Source: Dendrobates tinctorius
Taxonomy: Eukaryota
DNA length: 64,000 nucleotides
Direction: 5' to 3'
NCBI RefSeq assembly: GCF_039654945.1
Contig: NW_027361723.1
Coordinates: forward strand, 2,480,001-2,544,000
The notes under the pieces were generated by a model. That model searched no databases, was not told where the DNA came from, and was given only the letters and a program-made list of their open reading frames with translations. Made by a program: the position numbers and the translations under genes. Each line of letters opens with the position of its first letter. The stretch's first letter is position 1. Shown here in pieces: positions 23,222-38,205 of this stretch.

Positions 23222-23964
23222 TAACAGGGATAACAGCTTACATGCATTTGCCTATTACTGTAGGGTGGGCCCCAGTATGACCCAACTCAGAGCCCAAGGC
23301 TCCGGGGTCCCATGGCCAGATTGTCCCCATCATAAGCCTCATATGGGACAGGGAGGGGCCGCGAGCTGACAGTGTCTGCCCCTGGGTCACTGTACAGCAC
23401 TGATCACAGGGGCATTATTGACCAAGGCAACATAATGAACTGTGGATCACCAGGATACAGAGGAAGACAAAATGTCCCGTGACGTCACACACCAACTGTA
23501 TCTGGAGGAAAGGACGGGTGAGGGGCGAGATTTTGTTTCTGATCCTCAGATCTGCCACTAAGGGGCAATGAATCGCACAGTGCGGCCAATATGTGCGCTA
23601 ATCTCGCCCCCGTGTGGTCACTGCAGAGAACAGCTTATTACTGGAAGCTAGCAGGAATCCCGCAGTGTCTGCCGCATAGGAGCTGTCGTCACATCCACCC
23701 TCTCGTCTCCACATCCAGATATCACACACAAGGCCCGGATATGTTATTATCACTACACAACTCATCACGCATCACTGAGGAGAGAGAAAGAAAGGGGGAG
23801 CTGCACACATGTGATCAGCCAATCAGTGAAAGGTGAGGGAGGAGCCGGTAATGCGGCACGCCCCATAGTGACGTCATCACTGTGTAGTTTTCACTCAGGT
23901 CCGCAACCCTCTATATAAAGGAGGACTCAGCGCTTGTTTCTACAGTCATCTGAAGATTTCCTGA

Positions 23965-24457
<493 letters not shown>

Positions 24458-26138
24458 TGATCTATCCCAGAAAGCTAACATGGTGGGGGCAGATATCCGC
24501 GCGGTGCCGCAGAGACCCCTCTGCACACTGTACATAGAGCAGAAATCGAAGTCCTGCCGGGAGATGAACGTGTGGATTCTGCTCCATGATGTTTTCCTGG
24601 TCAGATTCGTGTGTCGGGAGGCAGCGAATATTCCCGGGGAATGTGGCTGTATGAGGCGGTCGGATGCATGGACGCCCTGTGTAGCGGAGGGCGGGTAATG
24701 ATCCCACAGGGACAAAGAACCGCGGAAATTCAAAGCCACCAACTGCTCTGTAATCAGCCAGTGACGGGGAGACCTCAGCAGGCGCCGCCCGAGACCAGAC
24801 ACAAGTATCTCCGCCGCCATTCCGCTCCGAGCGGCCGTGGATCTGCTCATCCCCACTACACACTGGCTTTACAGAAGCGGCGACTTTTCCACTCGAGACC
24901 CGGCAGCGCTCACAGCAGGCTCCGGCAGAACAGATCAGGTCTTGTGCGTCCGTCTGTGATCGGATCAGCGCGCTGACAGCACAGGGAGTACGCATCGAAT
25001 AGTGAGTGAGGAGCCGCCTCGTGTGTGGAGGGAGGAGAAGCCCTGACAGGGATTAACCCCTCTCCCGCCATCCTGGAGTCGCAGAGAGTGTCGCTCGCAG
25101 CACAGCGTCATAACCGTCCTCAGATCGCTGGCAATGACCGTCAGTGAAGTCGGACTGTGCAGTGAGCGGCTTGTCGGCAGTGCCAGGACTGTGAAGCGCT
25201 GTAACCTCCATGAGATGGCAGGAAGCTGCGGCCGCCGGTATACACGGGACACGGCCCTCTGTGTGAGCTCAGGATCGTCTGCTGAGGGTTTCCCACGGTC
25301 CTTGCTTGGTTTTCTCGTCCCGCAGCTGGCCACCTCCATCCCCGTGTCAGAGCGGACGCCGATCTGCTACGGAATAGAATGATCAGATGAGACGAAAAAC
25401 CGGAGAATTTGTGTAGAAGCGGCCAGAGACCTCCTCAGTGCTGATCGGCCGATCCTTGGCGCTCTGGTGATTCTGATCTTCCCGCTTCTCTCTTTCATTC
25501 CTTGCGGCTCCTGTGCGGTTATTACCGGTTCCTACAGGGAGCGGGGATCCCAGTATACAGAGAGTCATCTCCGTGTAATGAGCGGGAGAACAGCTCCAGC
25601 CCCGGTGAGGAGGAGAAATATCGGGTGCGGTCGGCCGATCACATCCCCGGATCACAGATGTGTTCGTCTGGTTAGATTTTGCTTGGTGAAATGTTTAAAA
25701 CCAGTGTCAGAAATGTGGAAATATCACTAACAACAATGTGAGATCCAGAGCGGAGAATGAGGGACAATCTGTATAATATCATCTGAGATTAATCCGCACA
25801 GGAGCCGTCGTGAGGGCAAAGGGTTAATGTCGGGAGCAGAAGAAATCACAGCTGGGAGTGCCTCCATCCAGGAAAGAGTTAACAGCCCGTCTGTTCTTGT
25901 ACTGCCGGCAGTAGGACCCCGCGCCCTGGTCACCGAGGAAACAGGCGAAGACTAGAAAATCATGCGGTCTATGTGACGTCATACTTTCATTCCTGCAGCT
26001 GATTGGTGTTTTCACAAGTATTTATTTCCATAGTCTGCTTCAGATCCGTCCAATGACAGGAGAGGAGGGCGGGGCAGCAGCAGCGTATATAAACCTCCAA
26101 CAGCGCGGCCTCTTCTGATCGTTATTATTCTGCTTTGA

Positions 26139-26543
<405 letters not shown>

Positions 26544-27694
26544 NNNNNGCTCCGCCATCACCCCAAAGGCTCTTCTAAGAGCCGCCCACCCCCTCACCAT
26601 AAGAGCTGCTCCTCCACTACTTTTTTTAGGTCCTTGTCTTGATCTCACGTCTGTAGCGGTTTCTCCTGACCGGCAGCTCCTGCGCACTGGGGCGGGAGAC
26701 AGACACCACTTACATCTGCAGTTACGAAGCGCAGGGCTGGAGGTGAGGATGATGAGGGTGGTAGTGAGAGGAATGTACTGCCAGCCACGCATGCTCCACA
26801 CTTCCTCCCATCCGCAGCTCCAGAGACTTGTCGCCACATGGAGACTTTACCCTGGAGTTACAGCTGGATGAAGTGTTACAGTTTATGTCCTCAGAGGTTG
26901 AGACCTTAATGGCGGAGTGAAGAGCTGGTGGATTGCAGCTGTGGAGACTCCTCAGGTCTGTTCATCAGGCTGCGGGTAACGATCTGAGGAGTCTCCTATT
27001 TATCCACAACACAGAAATCATCCAGCCGAGAAGACGAGTGATGAGAAGCAGAACTGTGAGGAGAGGAGCAGCTGTGGCCATAAACCCTGCAGCAGCTCGT
27101 CCAGGAGGAGGGCGGGGGCTTCACTGCCCTGTGACTGAGGTCTGCTCCGGGGTCCTGATGCCTCCATTGTCAGAGGAAGACCAATCCATGAGGTCCCTTC
27201 GTTCCTGTACGGTCAGAGGTCTGTAGTCCGACATTGTTCTGTCTCTTCTGAGATTTAGTCCCCTTTATACAGGAGTCTGTGATCAGCTGGATGTGGTGAT
27301 CGCATGTGAGCGTTAAATAGAGGTGGAAGTCGTTTTTGCGGTTTGGTTGGTTTCTGACGGCGGAGTTTTGCTCCTCTGTTTCTCTGCGGTCATTAGAGGT
27401 TGTCCGCATGATTTCTCTATAGGAAAGGTCATCACAGATCCGTGTGTGGAGACAACCAGGTAACTTACCGGGCAGCAGCTGATTTTCCTCCGATGTCACC
27501 CACCCTTTCCTCTCCAGCCCGGTGGAGGCGTCTGATCGATGATGATCTCCCAGAGATTGATTAATTTCCAGCCTGAATCTCACATTGACATTAATGGAGA
27601 AACAAATAATTTTGTGTCTCCGAGCAGCAGCGGCGCCGAGATGAGGAGTTTTATTGACTCTTATGTTACACAAATACAGAAGCGGGAAAAACTA

Positions 27695-27855
27695 CAAAAT
27701 AAGAGCGGGAAATTCAAAATCGCCAACTGTCTTGTGCTCAGCCAATCAGATGAGAAGGGGAGGAGCTAACTGCGAATTCCATACTTGAAATCCCGCCCCG
27801 GAAACACGTCATCTCGCCAGTCCTCGCTCCGGTCCGCATTCTTCTATATAAAGGA
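27695..27855 (+). promoter_or_regulatory. H4 promoter (mirrored at ~34475-34635)
   Basis: GCGGGAAA-TTCAAA (E2F/CHR-like), CCAAT, GC box CCCGCCCC, H4 subtype element GGTCCG, TATATAAA. Confidence 0.75.
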
Positions 27856-27880
27856 AGGACTCTGCGCTCATCAGTCATAG

Positions 27881-28216
<336 letters not shown>

Positions 28217-28689
28217 TGCGTCTCCGCTCCATCCTCACCCCCCAAAGGCTCTTATCAGAGCCGCCCACATCTACTAAGAAAAAGCTATGATCTCCACTGT
28301 GTGATGTGGCCACGGAGGGAGATTGCGGGTATTTTGTGGTGTTATGTGACATCAGCGGTTAAAACAGATGGTTACCTGGATATACAGCGCTATATGGGTC
28401 AGGAATTACTGTATGGATGAAATATCTAGAGCGCTTTATAGAGGCTACATCACAGTATAGACATTTACTGCACTCTGAGGGTACACTGCAGTGTATTAAT
28501 GGGAGTCGTAGCTATATAGCGGGTATTGAGCATTAAATGGCCGCAAACAGCCATTTTTTTTATCTAGTTCTATATGGAAGGTTTACAGCTGTGTGTGGGG
28601 GTTCTGCATTACAGGAGGTTTGCAGCCCTGTACACAGCAGTATATCGAGCTTCACAGCGCTATTTAGATGAATACTGCACTATATGGGG

Positions 28690-28750
28690 GTGTTAATGAT
28701 TCTCCGCTCCATCCTCACCCCCCAGGCTCTTCTCAGAGCCGCCCACATGT
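28690..28750 (+). other. Orphan copy of the H4 3' end (TAA + 3'UTR + stem-loop)
   Basis: TTAATG..TCTCCGCTCCATCCTCACCCCCC-AGGCTCTTCTCAGAGCCGCCCACAT with no upstream H4 coding sequence. Confidence 0.8.
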
Positions 28751-30978
28751 GTCCTGGAGAAGCGACAATTCCTGGTATCGGATGATTGAGGTGAGGGAGT
28801 TGGGTCAGATCCTATTTCTCAGGATCGGTGTAAATCCAGTGCGGAGCGGTCACATCCTGTACCGGTGACTCTGCGCCCCCTTATTAGTGGCGGCTTCCCG
28901 GTGTCCAGCGCCTGCATCTCATCACTGTCTCCCTCCTCATTTACCATCTACATGTGGACACTGACCGTGACTTCCTGACTGCTCCTAATACCGAGGACTG
29001 TGCAGCTCCAGCCGGCAGCGCTCTCCTGTGCCGGGGCTGATGGATGCAGCCGGACATTAGCGGCTCGTTCCCCTCATGACCGGGGAGGCTGCTTGTGTCT
29101 TTTCTTATTTATCAGTAACCGGAGCCTGAAGGGAGAACAGAGGGGAAATCCGCCCCCGTAGTGTACAGCGCCGTCATCCGAGCCCGGCGGACCGGAGAGA
29201 GGACTGGAGATGACGCAGGTCCGGAGCCGGTGTATTGCGGAGTGTGGGAGCTCCATCCTCCAGAGGAGGAGACGTCTCGCATACAAGATGCCTACATAAA
29301 ATATCCATAACTGTGATTGGTGAGATAATGAGCAGCCGGCACCGGTCTGGGGAGTGAGGGGTTAATACAGTCTCACTTTACCGCAAGGTCCACAGGAATA
29401 ATGGCCGCTCACTCCTGACGGTGATCGGGAAATGGTGTCTCTTCCACAAGCAGAGCACAGTCACTGAAGGGTTAATGATCGAGCGCCGAGAACACGACTG
29501 AGCTGGAGATTCAAATTATCAAACGGATCTAAAGCCCCGCCCACAGGAATCGACCAATCACCGATAGACGTGCTTCCTCCTCCGTTTAACCCCTTATTGC
29601 TCCTGTGTCTGCTGCTCGTCATTTCCCCGTGCTCAGCACATCGGGCTCCTCCTGGTAGAACATGTGCGGATTGTATCATCCGATCTGTGCTGGATGCGGA
29701 GCCCACACGGAGCCGCCCTTGTATAAGGTTACCGGGTCTCCGTGTGGCGTCCGCTCCGATCACTGCTGGAAGCGGAGTTGACACTGATCAGCCCTGGAGC
29801 TGCGGGCACTAGGATTGCAAAAATATACACCCCCAGTACGGTGCTGTACATCCACCATCCTCCCTACTAGGTGGTATACAGCACTACAAAGGCTACATGT
29901 GCTGTATACTCCCCATCTGCATTTCTCCTCTATAAACCTGTGTCATCTACAGAACACCCGCATATAGTGCTGGATACCCTCCATATAGTAACTGAGGATA
30001 AGGTAGTGCTGATACCTACATATATCGCTGTATGCCCCCATATATAGCTAAATACTCTCCAGAAAGTGCTGTGGGCCCTCCATATTGTTCTTTATCCCAT
30101 CATATATCGCTGTATACCCCCATGTAGTGCTGTAAGCTGCCAAATACTGTTATGTACCGACATATTGTGCTGTATAACCTTCAAGTAGTATTGTATACCG
30201 CCATATAGTGCTGACAACCCTCCATATAGTATCGTAGTCTAGAATATAGTGCTGTATACTCCCCTTATATTAGGGTACACCCTCATTGACGGCTGTATAC
30301 CCCCATAGAGGGACGTGTACCCTCCATATAGCGCTGTATATTCCACACATCAGATATTCTGGACTTCGCGCTCCTGATCCACAAGCCCACACACTGGATA
30401 TATATATATATATATATACAGGCCAGAAGCTGCAGGGAGCGGAGCCGCCGTCTGTGTCTCCTTCCGACCTCTCAGCAGCTCCAGGTCGTTCTCACATCGT
30501 CCAATCAGCTTCCTGCACGGTACAGATTGTGGTACAGATCCCTGTGATAGTGACAGGTGCCGGGAACAGAAGGAGCGAGCTCCTGCAGCAGATTCATCTT
30601 CCCCGATACAGAATGATGTGCGGCCAGGAGGACTATGGGGAGATTCCGGGGCTCTTCCCGGCTCCTTCCTGCCTCCTCCGCCAGTGACGGCTATAGACAT
30701 GTGGGGGAGATGTCAGTGAGGAGGAGGACACTGACACAGCGGCTCTGCTGCCCGGTCCTGACCGGTAATGGTCGCTTATCCCGGGCAAGGAAGCACAAGG
30801 GGAGAGCGGAGCTTCACCTGGCTCAGACAGGAGGGGCGGGGCCTGTGACCATTGTCAGCCAATAGAAGCTCAGGAGGGGCAGCCAATCAGTGCGCAGTGT
30901 GACTGTATATATTTGAGGCGGCTCCCGCTCCGTCTTTTGTAATTTTTCTTTCAGCACTTTGTGTTTGTTGTTGATTAG

Positions 30979-31623
30979 ATGATGGCAGAGACCGCGCCAG
31001 CCGCCGCTCCTCCTCCTCCCGCTGAACCAGCCACCAAATCCAAGAAGCAGCCGAAAAAATCCTCCGCAGGGGGCGCCAAGAAGAGCAAAAAGCCCTCTGG
31101 CCCCAGCGTGTCCGAGCTGATCGTCAAAGCCGTATCCGCTTCCAAGGAGCGCAGCGGGGTGTCTCTGGCCGCCCTGAAGAAGGCTCTGGCTGCTGGAGGG
31201 TACGATGTGGAGAGGAATAACAGCCGCCTGAAGCTGGCCGTCAGGGGTCTGGTCACCAAGGGCGCCCTGCTCCAGGTGAAGGGCAGCGGCGCCTCCGGGT
31301 CATTCAAGCTGAACAAGAAGCCGGAGACCAAGGACAAGAAGAAGCAGGCGCCTGCGGCCAAAGCCAAGAAACCAGCAGCCAAGAAAGCTGCAAAATCCCC
31401 GAAGAAGCCCAAGAAGGCTCCGACCGTGGCCAAGAAGAGCCCGAAAAAGGCCAAGAAGCCCGCAGCAGCCAAAAAAGCAGCTAAGAGCCCCAAAAAGCCG
31501 AAGGCTGCTCTGAAGCCTAAGAAGGTGACAAAGAGCCCCGCTAAGAAGGCGGCGAAACCCAAAGCTGCCAGGAGTCCGGCTAAGAAGGCGGCTAAAGCCA
31601 AGCAGCCCGCGGCCAAGAAATAA
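30979..31623 (+). CDS. H1: Histone H1 (replication-dependent; ATG at 30979 or 30982)
   Basis: MAETAPAA..., globular domain [28 protein letters not shown]...[14 protein letters not shown]-rich tail. GC box, two CCAAT and TATA upstream; stem-loop at 31653-31668. Confidence 0.98.
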   Translation: MMAETAPAAAPPPPAEPATKSKKQPKKSSAGGAKKSKKPSGPSVSELIVKAVSASKERSGVSLAALKKALAAGGYDVERNNSRLKLAVRGLVTKGALLQVKGSGASGSFKLNKKPETKDKKKQAPAAKAKKPAAKKAAKSPKKPKKAPTVAKKSPKKAKKPAAAKKAAKSPKKPKAALKPKKVTKSPAKKAAKPKAARSPAKKAAKAKQPAAKK

Positions 31624-31661
31624 GCGGAGCCGCCCTGTCCTCATCCCACAAAGGCTCTTAT

Positions 31662-32830
31662 CAGAGCCACCACCTCCTCCCTGCAGAGCTGTATGATCAG
31701 TGCCACCATCTTATCCTCAGCAGAGCTGTATGATCAGTGCCACCACCTTGCCCTCAGCAAAGCTGTATGATCAGTGCCACCACCTTGCCCTCAGCAAAGC
31801 TGTATGATCAGTGCCATCACCTCCTCCCTGCAGAGCTGTATGATCAGTGCCATCACCTCCCTGCAGAGCTGTATGATCAGTGCCATCACCTCCCTGCAGA
31901 GCTGTATGATCGGTGCCACCTCCTCCCTGCAGAACTGTATGATCAGTGCCATCACCTTCCTGCAGAGCTGTATGATCGGTGCCACCTCCTCCCTGCAGAA
32001 CTGTATGATCAGTGCCACCACCTTGTCCTCAGCAGAGCTGTATGATCAGTGCCATCACCTCATCCCTGCAGAGCTGTATGTTCAGTGCCACCACCTTGTC
32101 CTCAGCAGAGCTGTATGATCAGTGCCATCACCTCCCTGCAGAGCTGTATGACCAGTGCCACCACCTCCTCCCTGCAGAACTGTATGATCAGTGCCACCAC
32201 CTTGTCCTCAGCAGAGCTGTATGATCAGTGCCATCACCTCATCCCTGCAGAGCTGTATGATCAGTGCCATTACCTCCCTGTAGAGCTGTATGACCAGTGC
32301 CACCACCTCCTCCCTGCAGAACTGTATGATCAGTGCCACCACCTTGTCCTCAGCAGAGCTGTATGATCGGTGCCATCACCTTCCTGCAGAGCTGTATGAT
32401 CAGTGCCATCACCTCCCTGCAGAGCTGTATGATCGGTGCCACCACCTCCCTGCAGAGCTGTATGACCAGTGCCACCACCTCCTCCCTGCAGAACTGTATG
32501 ATCAGTGCCACCACCTTGTCCTCAGCAGAGCTGTATGATCGGTGCCATCACCTTCCTGCAGAGCTGTATGATCAGTGCCACCACCTCCCTGCAGAGCTGT
32601 ATGACCAGTGCCACCACCTCCTCCCTGCAGAACTGTATGATCAGTGCCACCACCTTGTCCTCAGCAGAGCTGTATGATCGGTGCCACCACCTCCCTGCAG
32701 AGCTGTATGACCAGTGCCACCACCTTGTCCTCAGCAGACCTGTATGATCAGTGCCACCACCTTGTCCTCAGCAGACCTGTATGATCAGTGACACCACCTC
32801 CTCCCTGCAGAGCTGTACGATCAGTGCCAG
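31662..32830. repeat. 31-36-bp minisatellite (about 35 units) starting within the H1 stem-loop
   Basis: Unit CAGTGCCACCACCTCCTCCCTGCAGAGCTGTATGAT with interspersed variants. Confidence 0.95.
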
Positions 32831-33220
32831 TACATTATATAATTGATGCTGGGCGCAGTGTCAGGATGGATAGTTGTGATCTGTTGCTAATACGAGCTCT
32901 GCACTGTACAGCGCTGTGTACACGGATACGGCCGTGCATTTACGTCAGTGGCGTCTGCTCCATATTCCGTGTGTAAGGATGATGTGAACCGCCTCGGAGG
33001 AAGCGGGGACAACAGGGGGCGGGGTTACTGAGAGGGAGGCGGAGTTGCTCTACACAATGATTGGTTAAACGCATCAAGTCCTTATTGGCTTCTTTTTTTT
33101 ATGACACAACCAGTGGCGTGCAGGGGGCGTGTTTCCTATAGCCCAATGAGGACGCGCCCTGGAGCATAAATACCCTTCTCCCGCCGCTCAGCTCATCACA
33201 TCTGTTCATCTCTACATTGA

Positions 33221-33634
<414 letters not shown>

Positions 33635-34114
33635 ATCTTCCCGGGCTCCAACCACAACACAAAGGCTCTTTTCAGAGCCACCAAATCTTTCCAAAAATGA
33701 GCGGAGTCTTGAACTGCAGGTTTATGTGCGTGTTCTACATATACGGATCGCACTCTCTAAGGAATAGATGGCGGCTGCGGTTTCTGATATCACGATTGCT
33801 GAGCGATAACTGAAATCTCACGTTTCTCTATTCTCATCCATTGTAAAACATGCGGCGTCTATAACATAACCAACGTTAATATAGGGAGAGGGGTAAGGTG
33901 TGTGTACCCTCAGAGTGTGGTGAATGTATATATACTGTGATTTAGCTTCTATAAAGCGCTCTAGATATTTCATCCATACAGGAATTCATGACCCATATAG
34001 TATATCCAGATAACCAATTGGCCACATAACACAGCGGAGATCATAGCTTTTTCTAAGTAGATGTGGGCGGCTCTGATAAGAGCCTTTGGGGGGTGAGGAT
34101 GGAGCGGAGACGCA

Positions 34115-34450
<336 letters not shown>

Positions 34451-35786
34451 CTATGACTGATGAGCGCAGAGTCCTTCCTTTATATAGAAGAATGCGGACC
34501 GGAGCGAGGACTGGCGAGATGACGTGTTTCCGGGGCGGGATTTCAAGTATGGAATTCGCAGTTAGCTCCTCCCCTTCTCATCTGATTGGCTGAGCACAAG
34601 ACAGTTGGCGATTTTGAATTTCCCGCTCTTATTTTGTTGTTTTTCCCGCTTCTGTATTTGTGTAAGAGTCAATAAAACTCCTCATCTCGGCGCCGCTGCT
34701 GCTCGGAGACACAAAATTATTTGTTTCTCCATTAATGTCAATGTGAGATTCAGGCTGGAAATTAATCAATCTCTGGGAGATCATCATCGATCAGACGCCT
34801 CCACCGGGCTGGAGAGGAAAGGGTGGGTGACATCGGAGGAAAATCAGCTGCTGCCCGGTAAGTTACCTGGTTGTCTCCACACACGGATCTGTGATGACCT
34901 TTCCTATAGAGAAATCATGCGGACAACCTCTAATGACCGCAGAGAAACAGAGGAGCAAAACTCCGCCGTCAGGAACCAACCAAACCGCAAAAACGACTTC
35001 CACCTCTATTTAACGCTCACATGCGATCACCACATCCAGCTGATCACAGACTCCTGTATAAAGGGGACTAAATCTCAGAAGAGACAGAACAATGTCGGAC
35101 TACAGACCTCTGACCGTACAGGAACGAAGGGACCTCATGGATTGGTCTTCCTCTGACAATGGAGGCATCAGGACCCCGGAGCAGACCTCAGTCACAGGGC
35201 AGTGAAGCCCCCGCCCTCCTCCTGGACGAGCTGCTGCAGGGTTTATGGCCACAGCTGCTCCTCTCCTCACAGTTCTGCTTCTCATCACTCGTCTTCTCGG
35301 CTGGATGATTTCTGTGTTGTGGATAAATAGGAGACTCCTCAGATCGTTACCCGCAGCCTGATGAACAGACCTGAGGAGTCTCCACAGCTGCAATCCACCA
35401 GCTCTTCACTCCGCCATTAAGGTCTCAACCTCTGAGGACATAAACTGTAACACTTCATCCAGCTGTAACTCCAGGGTAAAGTCTCCATGTGGCGACAAGT
35501 CTCTGGAGCTGCGGATGGAAGGAAGTGTGGAGCATGCGTGGCTGTCAGTACATTCCTCTCACTACCACCCTCATCATCCTCACCTCCAGCCCTGCGCTTC
35601 ATAACTGCAGATGTAAGTGGTGTCTGTCTCCCGCCCCAGTGCGCAGGAGCTGCCGGTCAGGAGAAACCGCTACAGATGTGAGATCAAGACAAGGACCTAA
35701 AAAAAAAAAGCAGCGGAGGAGCAGCTCTAATGGTGAGGGGGTGGGCGGCTCTTAGAAGAGCCTTTGGGGTGATGGCGGAGCNNNNN

Positions 35787-36896
<1,110 letters not shown>

Positions 36897-37825
36897 GCGC
36901 TGCCGCCGATCCCACCTACACAACCAAAGGCTCTTCTAAGAGCCACCCACCCCGTCACCACCAGAGCTGACGCCGCTGATCTCGGGTCCTCACATTCCAG
37001 ACACCACGGGCTGCCGCCACCAGTCTGTAGGTTGCTGCGCACACTGGAATCCGCTGTGCGGTTTCTACCCAAAACACTGGAGTGTCGGGAGATGAATGGG
37101 ATAATATCATATGAAGCCTCAGACCTGTGGGGGGAGAGGAGTCCCTCATTAGTGTCTGATCCTCCGGCCCCTGACATCGCTGTGGAGATAACACGCAGTG
37201 ATCACCTATCGGGGGGAGTTGGCGGCCGCTGCCGGCGATTCTCCACATCAGTGACTGCGGCTCCTCCCGGAGGACGATCCCGTGATGGCGGCTCTGGAGG
37301 GCTGGACTCAGCGCGGTTCTCGGGTGACCGGATTGTGATCTCCGCTGTCAGCCGTGACCGGTAGTAATCCTCCGCGGAACAAGAGCGGGAACTTCAAATC
37401 CCCCAACGGATCCTGTGATCAGACAATGAGCGGGAATCCTCGGTAAAGCGCCGTCCTCACTGACGTACATAGACGTCTTTCCTCCTCCGTTTAACTCCTT
37501 ACTTGCCGTGTTGCTGCTGATCTACCCTTATTTAGCAGTGTCCACAGATGCGGCACCTTCTCCCCAGCCCCCGGCAGCGCTCACATCGGGCTCCTCCAGA
37601 GCATCTGCTGCTTGCAGCCCCCTGTAATCACTGCAGACACAACTGGGAGTCCTGATAATACTTACTAAAAGGGTTAACCCCACAATAGTGTAGTGTAATC
37701 AGCCGCAGGCTTCACTGAACAAATACTAAGTAACGCAGAAAAATAAGAATTAATAAAGCCAATAAACCACGAATCCTCCTGCTTTTCTTTCATTGCTAAA
37801 ATATCACAGATCAAAGCATCATACC

Positions 37826-38080
37826 TAGTGAGGAGCGAGCAGTAAAGAGCTCGGGTGCTCGTTCGGGTTGAGCAAATTTGAATACTCAGGTACTTGGACA
37901 GAACAACGAGCCCAATGTAAGTGCATGGGAGACCCCAGCATTTCTACATGGATCCCCCCGAGGGTCCTTTTCAGGTCTAAAAACATCTGAAAATGATGGA
38001 AACACTGCTGCAATGACAGGGGACATCATGGGGATCACCCCTGGAAGCATTCCTGACTCCTAGGTCACGGCTTTATCATT
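37826..38080. mobile_element. Terminal fragment of a hAT-type non-autonomous element
   Basis: Begins TAGTGAGGAGCGAG, similar to the TAG(A/T)GTTGAGCG termini elsewhere in the window; no partner end found. Confidence 0.45.
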
Positions 38081-38205
38081 GTAGCATTTACCAACCCTAG
38101 GTGGCCATGTGGTGTGTGACACATAAGCAGACACATCTTGTTTCATTTATGAGGAGGGACTCTGAAAGACAAGTGTAAAGATAGATGTTTCAAATATATC
38201 CCTAC

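Noticed and set aside
30975-31616. Antisense ORFs over H1, H2A, H3 and H4
   Set aside because: Shadow ORFs caused by GC-rich histone codon usage.
31662-32830. CRISPR-like array or repeat-protein ORFs
   Set aside because: No unique spacers, eukaryotic context, and the ORFs are by-products of the minisatellite. The same applies to the 41-, 52-, 62-, 124- and 130-bp arrays.
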